Positions 19,578 through 29,135 of a stretch of DNA of 64,000 nucleotides are shown here, one piece after another. Below the pieces are notes generated by a model. It made no database searches and was not told the origin of the DNA. It worked only from the letters and a program-made list of their open reading frames with translations. Within the stretch, counting starts at the first letter, position 1, and every line of letters starts with the position of its first letter. Both the position numbers and the translations under genes were made by a program. Origin of the DNA: Bdellovibrionales bacterium. Lineage in GTDB: Bacteria > Bdellovibrionota > Bdellovibrionia > Bdellovibrionales > Bdellovibrionaceae. The stretch spans positions 1-64,000 of the forward strand of contig JANMPT010000097.1 of NCBI GenBank assembly GCA_031370005.1, read 5' to 3'.

Positions 19578-20341
19578 AATTCCTTAAACATATAAATCTT
19601 CCTGCTTTTATCAGTTTACTTATAGTTATATTTTTTTTCGAGATCGGAGTTTATTTTTCCTGGATTCCTGAATTTCTTTTCCCCGCTCCGAGCAGTGTTT
19701 TAAAAACATTGGTAGAGAATAAATCAGATTTTTCAGAAGCCTTTCTTGAGACGTTTCTGGGGTCTATGACTGGATTTGTGTTCAGTGTCATTTTGGGCAT
19801 TTGCTTTGCTGTTCTATTTTCCCTTTCTCAGTTTTTGAGAAAATCCATTTTACCATTTGCGGTTTTTTTTCAAACTGTCCCCATAATTGCTATTGCTCCG
19901 CTTTTAGTTATCTATTTCGGGTTCGGAATGCCCACCGTAATAGCCTCAGCTTTTATTGTTTCAATTTTTCCAATTATTGCGAATACCCTTTTGGGTCTAG
20001 AGAGTTCCTCAAAGGCAGAGATTGAACTTTTTCAACTCTACGGCGCTAGTCCTATTCAGTGTTTGTGGAAGCTCAAGCTTCCAACAGCATATCCCTCGAT
20101 TTATGCAGGATTGAAAGTTTCAGTAGGACTGGCAATCATTGGTGCAATTGCCGGAGAGTTTGTTGCCGGTGGAGGACTGGGTGCGCTGATTGATTCCGCG
20201 CGAACACAGCAAAGAATTGATATAGTATTTGGTGCTCTTGGACTCTTATCGTTGATGGGCCTCTTGTGTCTGAGTTCCTTAAGAGCTTGCCATAATTTTT
20301 TACAAAAGATGCGTCCTTACGGATTAAATATAAGGGAATAA
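19574..20341 (+). CDS. NitT/TauT-family ABC transporter permease
   Basis: PAPSSV, QTVPIIAIAPL, AIAGEF, GLG. Confidence 0.9.
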   Translation: MKFLKHINLPAFISLLIVIFFFEIGVYFSWIPEFLFPAPSSVLKTLVENKSDFSEAFLETFLGSMTGFVFSVILGICFAVLFSLSQFLRKSILPFAVFFQTVPIIAIAPLLVIYFGFGMPTVIASAFIVSIFPIIANTLLGLESSSKAEIELFQLYGASPIQCLWKLKLPTAYPSIYAGLKVSVGLAIIGAIAGEFVAGGGLGALIDSARTQQRIDIVFGALGLLSLMGLLCLSSLRACHNFLQKMRPYGLNIRE

Positions 20342-20344
20342 TAA

Positions 20345-21292
20345 GTGAAAAAAAGTAGTAAAATAATTATGTTACTCAGTCTAATAGTGAGTACGCAAAG
20401 TTTTGCAACAACGCCAATCAAATTAAAGCTTGCCCTTAATTGGAAGGCAGAACCTCAATTTGGCGGGTTCTATGAGGCATTTTATAATGGGGAATTTATA
20501 AAACGCGGATTGGATGTGGAAATTCTAGAAGGAGGCTCCGGGTCGCCGACAGTGCAAATGCTAGGAGCAAAAAAAGTTAATTTTGCTATTGTGAGCGCTG
20601 AAGAGATTGTCATAGCTCAAGATCGTGGATCCAAGATAGTTGGACTTTTTGCTGCCTTTCAAACGAACCCACAAGCAATTATGACTCATTTAGAACGCCA
20701 TTTTAGGTCTTTAAGTGATGTTTTTGCAGCTGAAGGTATTCTTTCAATCCAAAGTGGACTTTCCTATGCGCAATACCTACTTAAGAAGTACCCACGGCCA
20801 AAGGTTAAAATAGTCCCCTATTTGGGTGGAATAACTAATTTCACCAGTGACTCAAAACTATCACAACAATGTTTTTTTACATCTGAGCCACTGATAGCAG
20901 AAAAATCAGGTCTCAAAGTAAAAACATTCCTAGTCTCGGATGAAGGTTTTAACCCCTACACCGTAGTGGTTGCCACAAGCGCCGAATCTCTTAAGCAGGA
21001 TGCCAAGACCGCAAAAGCCTTTATAGGGGCGGTTCGCGCTGGCTGGGATACCTACCTAAAGAACCCGAAGCCAACAAACGAACTCATGGCCGGAATTAAC
21101 AAATCCATGAGCTCTGAAACTTTTGCGAAGAGTTCAGCTGCTCAAATGACTTTGATTCAAACTGCTGAAACTTATCAAAAAGGACTCGGTTTTATGTCTG
21201 AAGAGCGCTGGCATAAGCTTGTGTTGCAGTTAAAAGAACTTAAAAGCATCAAAAAAGAAATCCCTCCTGGGGATCTCTTTAAAAACCTATAG
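20345..21292 (+). CDS. ABC substrate-binding protein, NMT1/THI5 family
   Basis: Signal peptide, LNWKAEPQFGGFYEA...GLDVEI, FNPY. Confidence 0.85.
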   Translation: MKKSSKIIMLLSLIVSTQSFATTPIKLKLALNWKAEPQFGGFYEAFYNGEFIKRGLDVEILEGGSGSPTVQMLGAKKVNFAIVSAEEIVIAQDRGSKIVGLFAAFQTNPQAIMTHLERHFRSLSDVFAAEGILSIQSGLSYAQYLLKKYPRPKVKIVPYLGGITNFTSDSKLSQQCFFTSEPLIAEKSGLKVKTFLVSDEGFNPYTVVVATSAESLKQDAKTAKAFIGAVRAGWDTYLKNPKPTNELMAGINKSMSSETFAKSSAAQMTLIQTAETYQKGLGFMSEERWHKLVLQLKELKSIKKEIPPGDLFKNL

Positions 21293-21370
21293 CCAAAATT
21301 CACTGCTTGCTTTATTAACGCCATCCGGCTAAATTAATCCTCCTTTTGAGTCTTAATTTGTGGAGGACTT

Positions 21371-21925
21371 ATGAAAATCAACCTATCTGAAATCCCAGAA
21401 GAAGGCAGACTCTATGTCTATAGTCTTAAAACGGGAGAGTTGAATGGAATTTTAAGAGACCTACTTGGTAAGGCCTCTTACCATAGTGAAATTTTTATTA
21501 AACCTTTAAACTCTAAAGATTTTGAGCTTTCTGGAACTATTGAAACCGAACTCCCTGAAGATTGCTCGCGTTGTGGCATCGCATTCAGTCTGAAGGTAAA
21601 ACCTAGTCTCCACGCCATTCTTATCCCACGACAAGGCGATGACAGAACTGGTAAATATGCCAAAGTAAATCATATTTCAGAAACTCTTGAAGAAGGACCA
21701 GCGACCGCTGAGCATGATGCCATGGTTTTCAATATTGGAGAGTTTATTCATGAGGCTGTGGCAATTGCTGCACCTTTCAATCCAGCTGGGCCTGTGAATG
21801 AAAGTGGTGATTGTTCTATTTGTGGTATTAAGGTAACTGGGCGCAGTTTTGGTTATAACGAGGAAATGCCCGCCGATAAACCAGAGTCCCCTTTTGCAGT
21901 TCTTAAGAAGATTAAGTTGAATTAA
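21371..21925 (+). CDS. yceD: YceD/DUF177 family protein
   Basis: CSRC, C-terminal PFAVLKK, immediately upstream of rpmF. Confidence 0.85.
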   Translation: MKINLSEIPEEGRLYVYSLKTGELNGILRDLLGKASYHSEIFIKPLNSKDFELSGTIETELPEDCSRCGIAFSLKVKPSLHAILIPRQGDDRTGKYAKVNHISETLEEGPATAEHDAMVFNIGEFIHEAVAIAAPFNPAGPVNESGDCSICGIKVTGRSFGYNEEMPADKPESPFAVLKKIKLN

Positions 21926-22003
21926 GGTTGATTTTCACCGATCTTTTGTTAGATTAACGAGCTTCGTAACAATTGATAGTCGATAAGCCTAAGAGGTAAT
22001 ACT

Positions 22004-22192
22004 ATGCCAACTCCTAAAAAGAAAACTTCCCGTTCACGCCGTGACATGCGCAGATCCCATGACGGTCTGAGTGCTCCAGCAGTCGCAATTGAGAAAAAAA
22101 CAGGAGAGCTTGTACGCCCTCACCGTGCTCATAAAGCATCTGATGGTGCTTATTACTACAAGGGTAAACAAATCAGCGCAGCTAAAGCTTAA
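22004..22192 (+). CDS. rpmF: 50S ribosomal protein L32 (Cys-less form)
   Basis: MPTPKKKTSRSRRDMRRSH...PHR...YYKG. Confidence 0.95.
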   Translation: MPTPKKKTSRSRRDMRRSHDGLSAPAVAIEKKTGELVRPHRAHKASDGAYYYKGKQISAAKA

Positions 22193-22214
22193 TTTTTAGG
22201 GCTAGGGTTCATCC

Positions 22215-23222
22215 ATGGCTGGAATATATAAATCTCGTGTTGCAGGAACAGGCTCCTATTTGCCACCCGGCGTTTTAACTAATGCTGATCTGGAAAAAAT
22301 GGTAGATACCAATGATCAATGGATCGTTGAACGCACTGGAATTAAGCGTCGCCATATGGCTTCAGATGAGCCAGCAAGTTACCAGGCGACCTCTGACCTG
22401 TGTCTGATTGCAGCCAGAAATGCAATTGAAGATGCGGGGCTTACGGCACAAGATCTTGATTGTATTATTGTTTGCACAGTCTCTGGCGACCAAGTTATGC
22501 CTAGCACGGCCTGTGTACTCCAACATAAGCTCGGCGCTCGCAATGTAATGTCCTTTGATCTTTCTGCTGCCTGTACAGGATTTGTTTATGGGCTCTCTGT
22601 AGCAGACCAATTTATTCGTAGCGGCATGCACAAACATGTTTTGGTCCTTGGAGCTGAAGTTCTTCACCGTTTTGTAAATTACCAAGATCGTGAAACCTGC
22701 ATTCTTTTTGGTGATGGAGCTGGCGCATGGATTCTTTCTCAGACCTCACTTGAAGATAATAATACTATTATGAGTAGCCATCTCCATGCAGATGGTGGCC
22801 TGGGAGATCTTTTCGTTTTGCCTGCTGGAGGCTCACGCATCCCTTTTTCTGCCCAAGTTCTTGAGGATAAGGGACAGTATGTAAAAATGAAGGGCCGCGA
22901 GATTTTTAAAAATGCAGTTCGATCCATGAGTTACTGCTGCCAAGAAGCATTAGATGCAAACAAAATCACTGTGGATCAAGTCGATTGGTTGGTTCCACAT
23001 CAAGCAAATAATCGTATCATTGAGGCCATTGCTGACTATTACGATTTCCCAAAAGAAAAGGTCGTCGTGAGTGTTCACGAAACTGGGAATACCTCAGCAG
23101 CCTCTATTCCTTTAGCTTTCCAAATAGCTAAGGAGGACGGACGCATCAAACGTGGCCAGATGATTCTGCTTACCGCATTTGGGGCCGGTCTTACAAGTGG
23201 TAGCCTATTAATGAGGTATTAA
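22215..23222 (+). CDS. fabH: Beta-ketoacyl-ACP synthase III
   Basis: AACTGF, FGDGAGA, PHQAN, GNTSAAS. Confidence 0.95.
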   Translation: MAGIYKSRVAGTGSYLPPGVLTNADLEKMVDTNDQWIVERTGIKRRHMASDEPASYQATSDLCLIAARNAIEDAGLTAQDLDCIIVCTVSGDQVMPSTACVLQHKLGARNVMSFDLSAACTGFVYGLSVADQFIRSGMHKHVLVLGAEVLHRFVNYQDRETCILFGDGAGAWILSQTSLEDNNTIMSSHLHADGGLGDLFVLPAGGSRIPFSAQVLEDKGQYVKMKGREIFKNAVRSMSYCCQEALDANKITVDQVDWLVPHQANNRIIEAIADYYDFPKEKVVVSVHETGNTSAASIPLAFQIAKEDGRIKRGQMILLTAFGAGLTSGSLLMRY

Positions 23223-23225
23223 TTT

Positions 23226-24197
23226 ATGATGACACTTTTATTTCCAGGCCAAGGGAGTCAACAGCCTGGAATGGGTCGTTTTTTATTTGATAATTTCAAA
23301 GTAGCAAAAGAATGCTTTGAAGAGGCCAGCGAGGCCCTATCACAAAACATGAAAAAGCTTTGTTTTGAGGCTTCTGAGGCTGATCTTGCATTGACTGAAA
23401 ATACTCAACCGGCATTATTATTGGTCTCAATTGCCACACAAAGAGTTTTAAAATCTGAGTATCATATGAAGGTCTCAGCAGGGGCTGGTCATTCTATTGG
23501 AGAATATGCCGCACTTGTAGCTGCAGATGTTATTGCCTTTTCTCCTGCAATGAGAGCCGTACGTACTCGTGGGCAAGCAATGCAGTCTGCGGTACCTGTG
23601 GGTTTAGGCGGTATGATTGCTGTTTTGGGTTTAGAACCTGCGCAAGCAAAATTTCTTTGCGAGTATGTGGTAAAAACTTCTGGATTTGCTCCTTTATCCC
23701 CTGCCAATTTTAATAGCCCTGGGCAAATTGTATTAAGTGGTTCAATGCAGGCTATTAACTGGTTGAAAGCGAACTTTAAGCCTGAAATTTTCCCAGAGTT
23801 GCCTAAAAAAGTTAGGTTCATTCCACTCAATGTCTCAGCTCCTTTTCACTGCGAAATGATGCTCCCTGCTGAAAAAAAAATGCGCGAAGTTTTAAGCGCA
23901 ATGAACTTTAATCCTCCGAAATTTAAGATTATTCAAAATTTTAGTGCAAACTTTGAGAGTAAAGCGGAGCAGCTCCGCGAAAATCTGATTCACCAGGTTT
24001 CAGCACCTGTACGTTGGACTGAAAGCATGGAGCTCTTAAAGGCTCATAAGCTCACAAAATGCATTGAGTGTGGAGTAGGCAAAGTGGTCGCCGGCTTGTT
24101 GAAAAAAATCGACAGTGAAAGCTTCATGGTTTTAAATACCAACTCTTTGGAAGATCTTAAATTAATTGAAGAATTTCTGAAAGCTTCGAGTCATTGA
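23226..24197 (+). CDS. fabD: Malonyl-CoA:ACP transacylase
   Basis: FPGQGSQ, TQPA, GHSIGE, VSAPFH. Confidence 0.95.
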   Translation: MMTLLFPGQGSQQPGMGRFLFDNFKVAKECFEEASEALSQNMKKLCFEASEADLALTENTQPALLLVSIATQRVLKSEYHMKVSAGAGHSIGEYAALVAADVIAFSPAMRAVRTRGQAMQSAVPVGLGGMIAVLGLEPAQAKFLCEYVVKTSGFAPLSPANFNSPGQIVLSGSMQAINWLKANFKPEIFPELPKKVRFIPLNVSAPFHCEMMLPAEKKMREVLSAMNFNPPKFKIIQNFSANFESKAEQLRENLIHQVSAPVRWTESMELLKAHKLTKCIECGVGKVVAGLLKKIDSESFMVLNTNSLEDLKLIEEFLKASSH

Positions 24198-24291
24198 AAG
24201 TCCTTGATGAAGTCGACACTTTCAGTCAAAGTGTGATCCAATTATTCAGATAAAAGCGTTTTTTTGTTTATTATATTGATTAGGGAATTTT

Positions 24292-25035
24292 GTGAAATCT
24301 CTGCAAGGAAAAAAAGTGATCGTTACTGGTGGCAGTCGTGGCATAGGCGCCTCTATTGTCCAACTGCTTGCAGAGAATGGTGCCCAAGTTTGCTTTACCT
24401 ACGCCTCTCAGGAGGACGCAGCTTCGAAAGTAGCAAAGTCTCTTCCAGGGGAAGGACACTTCTATTTAAAGCTTGATGTTTCCTCTGAAGAAAGTGTGAA
24501 ACAGGCCATGGAGCAGATCTCTGCAAAGTGGGCCGAAGTGGACGGTCTAGTCAACAATGCGGGTATCACCAGAGATCAACTTCTTCTTCGTATGAAGACC
24601 GAAGACTTTGATGCCGTTATGGATACAAACCTTCGTGGCACTTTTCTTATGACCAAGGCTTTGAGTAAAATCATGATGAAGGCGCGCAAAGGCTCTATAG
24701 TAAATATCACTAGTGTCGTTGGACAAACTGGAAATCCTGGCCAGGCAAATTATGCAGCATCAAAGGCTGGAACTGAGGCCTTTAGCAAGTCTATTGCCTT
24801 GGAGCTATCTTCACGCAATATTCGTGTTAACTGTGTTGCACCTGGATTTATTTCCACTGAGATGACACATATACTTTCTGAGGATGCAAAAGCGAAGTTT
24901 TTGGAAAAAATCCCTTTGAATTCAATTGGCGAAAGCATAGACGTTGCAAATGCAGTTAAATTTTTATTAAGTGAAGAATCAAAATATATAACAGGCCATA
25001 CCATTAATGTTAATGGTGGTTTGTTTATGAATTAA
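24292..25035 (+). CDS. fabG: 3-oxoacyl-ACP reductase
   Basis: TGGSRGIG, NNAGITRD, YAASKAG; position in fab operon. Confidence 0.95.
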   Translation: MKSLQGKKVIVTGGSRGIGASIVQLLAENGAQVCFTYASQEDAASKVAKSLPGEGHFYLKLDVSSEESVKQAMEQISAKWAEVDGLVNNAGITRDQLLLRMKTEDFDAVMDTNLRGTFLMTKALSKIMMKARKGSIVNITSVVGQTGNPGQANYAASKAGTEAFSKSIALELSSRNIRVNCVAPGFISTEMTHILSEDAKAKFLEKIPLNSIGESIDVANAVKFLLSEESKYITGHTINVNGGLFMN

Positions 25036-25053
25036 TTTTACCAGGAGGAAATA

Positions 25054-25290
25054 ATGGAAATTCACCCAAAAGTTAAAGACATCATTGTTGAGCAACTCGG
25101 CGTAGACCCTGAAAAAGTGAAGGCGGAAGCTTCTTTCATCGATGATTTGGGTGCAGACAGTCTTGATATAGTCGAGCTTGTAATGGCTATGGAAGAGGAA
25201 TTTGATCTTGAAATTCCTGATGAAGATGCAGAAAAACTGAAAACTGTCCAAGATGTTGCTTCTTATCTTCAAAAAAAAGGTAAAGCATAG
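25054..25290 (+). CDS. acpP: Acyl carrier protein
   Basis: [14 protein letters not shown]. Confidence 0.97.
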   Translation: MEIHPKVKDIIVEQLGVDPEKVKAEASFIDDLGADSLDIVELVMAMEEEFDLEIPDEDAEKLKTVQDVASYLQKKGKA

Positions 25291-25296
25291 TCTTTT

Positions 25297-26562
25297 ATGA
25301 GCACTCGATTTGAACGCCCCGCAAAGGCTCAAAAACGTGTGGTTGTAACTGGTGTTGGCGCTGTGACACCTCTTGGCCTTTCTATTCAGGAAAGCTGGGA
25401 AAAGGCAAAGGCAGGTAAGTCTGGCATTGCTAAAATCACCCGCTTTGATACCACAGGTTACGACGTTACATTTGCGGGTGAAGTAAAGGGTTTTAATCCA
25501 GATCTTTATATTGATAAAAAAGAACAAAAGAAAATGGACACCTTTATTCACTATTCATTGGCCTCAGCTAAAATGGCTCTTGAAATGGCGAAGCTTCAGA
25601 TCACAGAGGATCTAGGACATCGTGCTGGTTGTATTATCGGCGTGGGTATGGGCGGACTTCCTGGAATCGAAGAGCAGCATGCAAAACTCTTAGATCGTGG
25701 ACCTGGCCGTATTACTCCTTTTTTTATACCAATGGTGATTACAAATTTGGCGGCGGGACAAGTGAGTATTGCTCTCGGGCTTAAAGGGCCTAATTATTCT
25801 GTCACCTCAGCATGTGCCTCTGGTGTCCACTCCATTGGTGAAGCGGTAAACTATATTCGTAATGGATGGATGGATGTTATGATAGCTGGTGGAGCCGAAT
25901 CTACAGTATGCCCTATGGCAATTGGTGGATTTGCAGCTATGCGAGCACTTTCTACTCGCAATGATGCTCCAGAAAAAGCTAGCCGACCTTGGGATAAAGA
26001 TCGCGATGGTTTTGTTCTTGCTGAGGGTGCTGCAATTCTTGTTCTTGAATCACTAGAACATGCTGAAAAGCGTGGTGCAAATATTCTGTGTGAGGTCACT
26101 GGTTATGGTGTATCTGCTGATGCTTACCATATGACATCTCCTGCTCCAGAGGGCGCCGGCGGCTATGCCGCGATGGCAATGGCAATCGCAGATGCAGAAA
26201 TCAAACCTTCAGATATTCAGTATGTGAACGCCCATGGAACAAGTACTCCTATGGGGGATGGTCTAGAATCCCTTGCAATTAAGAAGTTGATGGGCCCGCA
26301 TTCTAAAAATCTTTGGGTGTCCTCAACCAAGAGTATGACAGGCCACGCTCTTGGAGCTGCTGGGGCTATAGAAAGCGCATTTTGCGTGATGGCAATCAAA
26401 GATCAAATCGTACCGCCAACAATTAATTTGGAAAATCCAAGTGAGAACTGCGATTTGGACTATGTTCCAAATGAAGCGCGCCATGGTAAAATTCAAAATG
26501 TTATGAACAACAGTTTTGGCTTTGGCGGCACCAATGCATGTCTGGTACTCTCTAAAATATGA
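25297..26562 (+). CDS. fabF: Beta-ketoacyl-ACP synthase II
   Basis: RVVVTG, SACASG, NAHGTST, GHALGAAG, NSFGFGG. Confidence 0.96.
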   Translation: MSTRFERPAKAQKRVVVTGVGAVTPLGLSIQESWEKAKAGKSGIAKITRFDTTGYDVTFAGEVKGFNPDLYIDKKEQKKMDTFIHYSLASAKMALEMAKLQITEDLGHRAGCIIGVGMGGLPGIEEQHAKLLDRGPGRITPFFIPMVITNLAAGQVSIALGLKGPNYSVTSACASGVHSIGEAVNYIRNGWMDVMIAGGAESTVCPMAIGGFAAMRALSTRNDAPEKASRPWDKDRDGFVLAEGAAILVLESLEHAEKRGANILCEVTGYGVSADAYHMTSPAPEGAGGYAAMAMAIADAEIKPSDIQYVNAHGTSTPMGDGLESLAIKKLMGPHSKNLWVSSTKSMTGHALGAAGAIESAFCVMAIKDQIVPPTINLENPSENCDLDYVPNEARHGKIQNVMNNSFGFGGTNACLVLSKI

Positions 26563-27020
26563 TAAAAAAGATCTTTATCGCTTCAGATCATGCAGGTTTT
26601 GATTTGAAGCACGAGTTCATTAAAAATAATCCCCAATTACCTTGGGAAGATTTGGGTACCTACGATACTCAATCTGTAGATTATCCTGACTACGCTAAGC
26701 AACTTTGTGAACGACTTCTTAAAAATGCAACACTTCTACCACTAACCGAAGACGCTTTCAAAGCGGAAGCCTGTGGAGTTCTTATTTGTGGTTCTGGCCA
26801 AGGTATGGCAATTCGCGCAAATAAATTTCCATTAATCCGGGCAGCTCTTTGTTGGAGCGAAGACCTTGCCCGTCTTTCTCGCCAGCATAATAACGCCAAT
26901 GTATTATGTTTAGGGGCTCGCACAGTTACTGGTGTGGAAGCGCAGAATATTCTAAACGTATTTTTAAGCTCAACATTTGAGGGTGGACGACACTCACAAA
27001 GAGTTGCAAAGCTCTGCTAA
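26559..27020 (+). CDS. rpiB: Ribose-5-phosphate isomerase B
   Basis: SDHAG, VDYPD, CGSGQG, HNNAN, FEGGRH. Confidence 0.95.
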   Translation: MIKKIFIASDHAGFDLKHEFIKNNPQLPWEDLGTYDTQSVDYPDYAKQLCERLLKNATLLPLTEDAFKAEACGVLICGSGQGMAIRANKFPLIRAALCWSEDLARLSRQHNNANVLCLGARTVTGVEAQNILNVFLSSTFEGGRHSQRVAKLC

Positions 27021-27041
27021 CTATTCACTCGGAGTACTAGT

Positions 27042-28298
27042 ATGTCTTTTCTAATTAATGCTGACCCTCAAATTGCAAAACTCATTGATCAAGAAAAAGA
27101 TCGTCAAGAATATGGCCTCGAAATGATTGCTTCTGAGAATTATACTTCTCAAGCCGTGATGGAAGCCCAGGGTTCTTGCCTAACAAATAAATATGCGGAA
27201 GGCTACCCTAACAAACGTTACTACGGTGGCTGTCACTATATAGACATGATCGAATCAATGGCTATTGATCGAGCGAAGAAACTTTTCGGAGTTGAGGCCG
27301 TTAATGTTCAGCCTCACTCTGGATCTCAAGCCAATATGGGTGTGTACTTAGCTTGTATGAAACCAGGGGACACAATTCTCGGAATGGATCTTTCTCACGG
27401 GGGACATCTTACACACGGCTCATCAGTGAATTTTAGTGGATTCCTTTTTAATGCTACCTCTTACAAACTAGATACCAGCACAGAGCGTTTGAATTATGAA
27501 ACCATTCTTAAAACAGCTCGTGAAGTAAAGCCAAAACTAATCATTGCAGGTTATAGTGCTTATCCACGCATTCTTGATTTCGCAAAATTTAAAGAAATAG
27601 CCGACGATGTTGGTGCCCAGTTGATGGTTGACATGGCTCACTTCGCAGGACTTGTTGCAACTGGAGCTCACCCAAGTCCAGTTGGCTATGCAGACTACAT
27701 CACTACCACTACCCACAAGACCTTGCGAGGCCCACGTGGCGGAATGATTTTATGTTCTGATGAAAAAATCAAAGCTATCAATTCAAAGATTTTTCCTGGA
27801 ATTCAGGGAGGACCTCTTGAGCATGTAATAGCTGGCAAAGCGGTGGCATTTGGTGAGGCTTTAAAGCCCGATTTTAAAGAATACATTGGCGATGTCGTTT
27901 TAAATGCAAAAACTTTGGCTGAAGAGCTTCTTTCTCAAGACTTTAAATTGGTGACTGGTGGCACTGATAATCACCTCTTATTAATTGACCTCAGCGATCG
28001 CGAACTCACTGGAAAACTTGCTGAAAATGCCCTTGAAGAGGCTGGTATTACTGTAAACAAAAATACAGTACCAAATGAAAAACGTTCTCCATTTATCACA
28101 AGCGGTATTCGCATTGGAACTCCAGCTCTCACAACCCGTGGTATGAAATCTCAAGACATGAGGCAAATTGGAAAATGGATTGCCCAAGTCTTAAATAATC
28201 CCAATGATTCAGATCTCAAAGCACACATTAAAAACGACATCAAAGATGTGTGTGTAAAATTCCCGATTTATAAATCAAATATCAAATCAAGTAACTAG
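27042..28298 (+). CDS. glyA: Serine hydroxymethyltransferase
   Basis: [33 protein letters not shown]. Confidence 0.97.
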   Translation: MSFLINADPQIAKLIDQEKDRQEYGLEMIASENYTSQAVMEAQGSCLTNKYAEGYPNKRYYGGCHYIDMIESMAIDRAKKLFGVEAVNVQPHSGSQANMGVYLACMKPGDTILGMDLSHGGHLTHGSSVNFSGFLFNATSYKLDTSTERLNYETILKTAREVKPKLIIAGYSAYPRILDFAKFKEIADDVGAQLMVDMAHFAGLVATGAHPSPVGYADYITTTTHKTLRGPRGGMILCSDEKIKAINSKIFPGIQGGPLEHVIAGKAVAFGEALKPDFKEYIGDVVLNAKTLAEELLSQDFKLVTGGTDNHLLLIDLSDRELTGKLAENALEEAGITVNKNTVPNEKRSPFITSGIRIGTPALTTRGMKSQDMRQIGKWIAQVLNNPNDSDLKAHIKNDIKDVCVKFPIYKSNIKSSN

Positions 28299-28320
28299 GA
28301 CCTCCTGGGCCAGCGTCTAG

Positions 28321-28368
28321 ATTCTAGGTTTTATGACTCTCAATGACACAAAACCTAGAATTCTTTTT
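28321..28368 (+). terminator. Probable terminator hairpin after glyA
   Basis: ATTCTAGGTTTT...AAAACCTAGAAT 12-bp inverted repeat followed by TCTTTTT. Confidence 0.55.
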
Positions 28369-28401
28369 GGTTCATGAGGCAATTCGACTTATAATTTCAA
28401 C

Positions 28402-29010
28402 ATGTCAACATCAAACGTCTTTAGGTTTTTCTTCTATTTTTATATGGTCATAATTTTTGGATCCTGTTCGACTTTTCAAACCCCTATTTCTCGTAGCATT
28501 ACTGAAGAACATTTAAGCACACCTGATTTTCGTGCTGAATTTCGTTCTGCAGCTTCAGATATTAAAAAAATAGACTTTGTTGATAAGACGGATTTATTTG
28601 ATTGGCCTGTAGATGATGCTCGTATGACTCGCGGATTTCTTCCTCAAAAACGTCATCCTCATTTTGGAATCGATCTTGCTGCAAAGCAAGGCACGCCAAT
28701 TTTAGCGGCCCAAGGGGGAATGGTCATTTATACCGGGCGAGAGTTCCGTGGTTATGGAAAAATGATCCTTATTGAGTCTGGTAAAGGCTGGGCAACTTTA
28801 TATGCCCATATGGATAAAATCTTTATTCAAGAGGGTCAGAAGATCTCTCAGGGTCATATTCTTGGAACCATGGGACGCACAGGTCGAGCAACCGGCGTTC
28901 ATCTTCATTTTGAAATTCGTAAAGACAAAGGGCCCATTGACCCTCTTCCTCTTTTACCAAATGGTCATAAAGTAGCTATTTATCTAAAAGATAGCTCAAG
29001 TAAAAACTAA
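28402..29010 (+). CDS. M23 family metallo-endopeptidase (probable lipoprotein)
   Basis: HFGID (HxxxD), GYG, YAH, HLHFEIR; IFGSC lipobox-like. Confidence 0.9.
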   Translation: MSTSNVFRFFFYFYMVIIFGSCSTFQTPISRSITEEHLSTPDFRAEFRSAASDIKKIDFVDKTDLFDWPVDDARMTRGFLPQKRHPHFGIDLAAKQGTPILAAQGGMVIYTGREFRGYGKMILIESGKGWATLYAHMDKIFIQEGQKISQGHILGTMGRTGRATGVHLHFEIRKDKGPIDPLPLLPNGHKVAIYLKDSSSKN

Positions 29011-29069
29011 GCCCTGTATATACTCATATTAAAAGAGTAGTTCTAGACCAAAGACAGATCTAAGTTCTT

Positions 29070-29096
29070 TTAGACTCCCCTTTTTTTTACCGATAA
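29070..29096 (+). promoter_or_regulatory. Possible sigma28 (FliA) promoter
   Basis: ACCGATAA -10 box at 29089-29096; only a weak -35 (TTAGACTC) at 11-nt spacing. Confidence 0.4.
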
Positions 29097-29135
29097 GTAT
29101 AACTGGAAGTACTAAGATTCCAACAGGAGTTTCTC

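Noticed and set aside
24979..25551. 190-aa minus-strand ORF and the other short ORFs nested in or antisense to annotated genes (e.g. 6023-6385, 9512-9880, 23489-23830, 47392-47763, 50332-50691)
   Set aside because: Shadow frames of well-supported genes, with no recognisable motifs.
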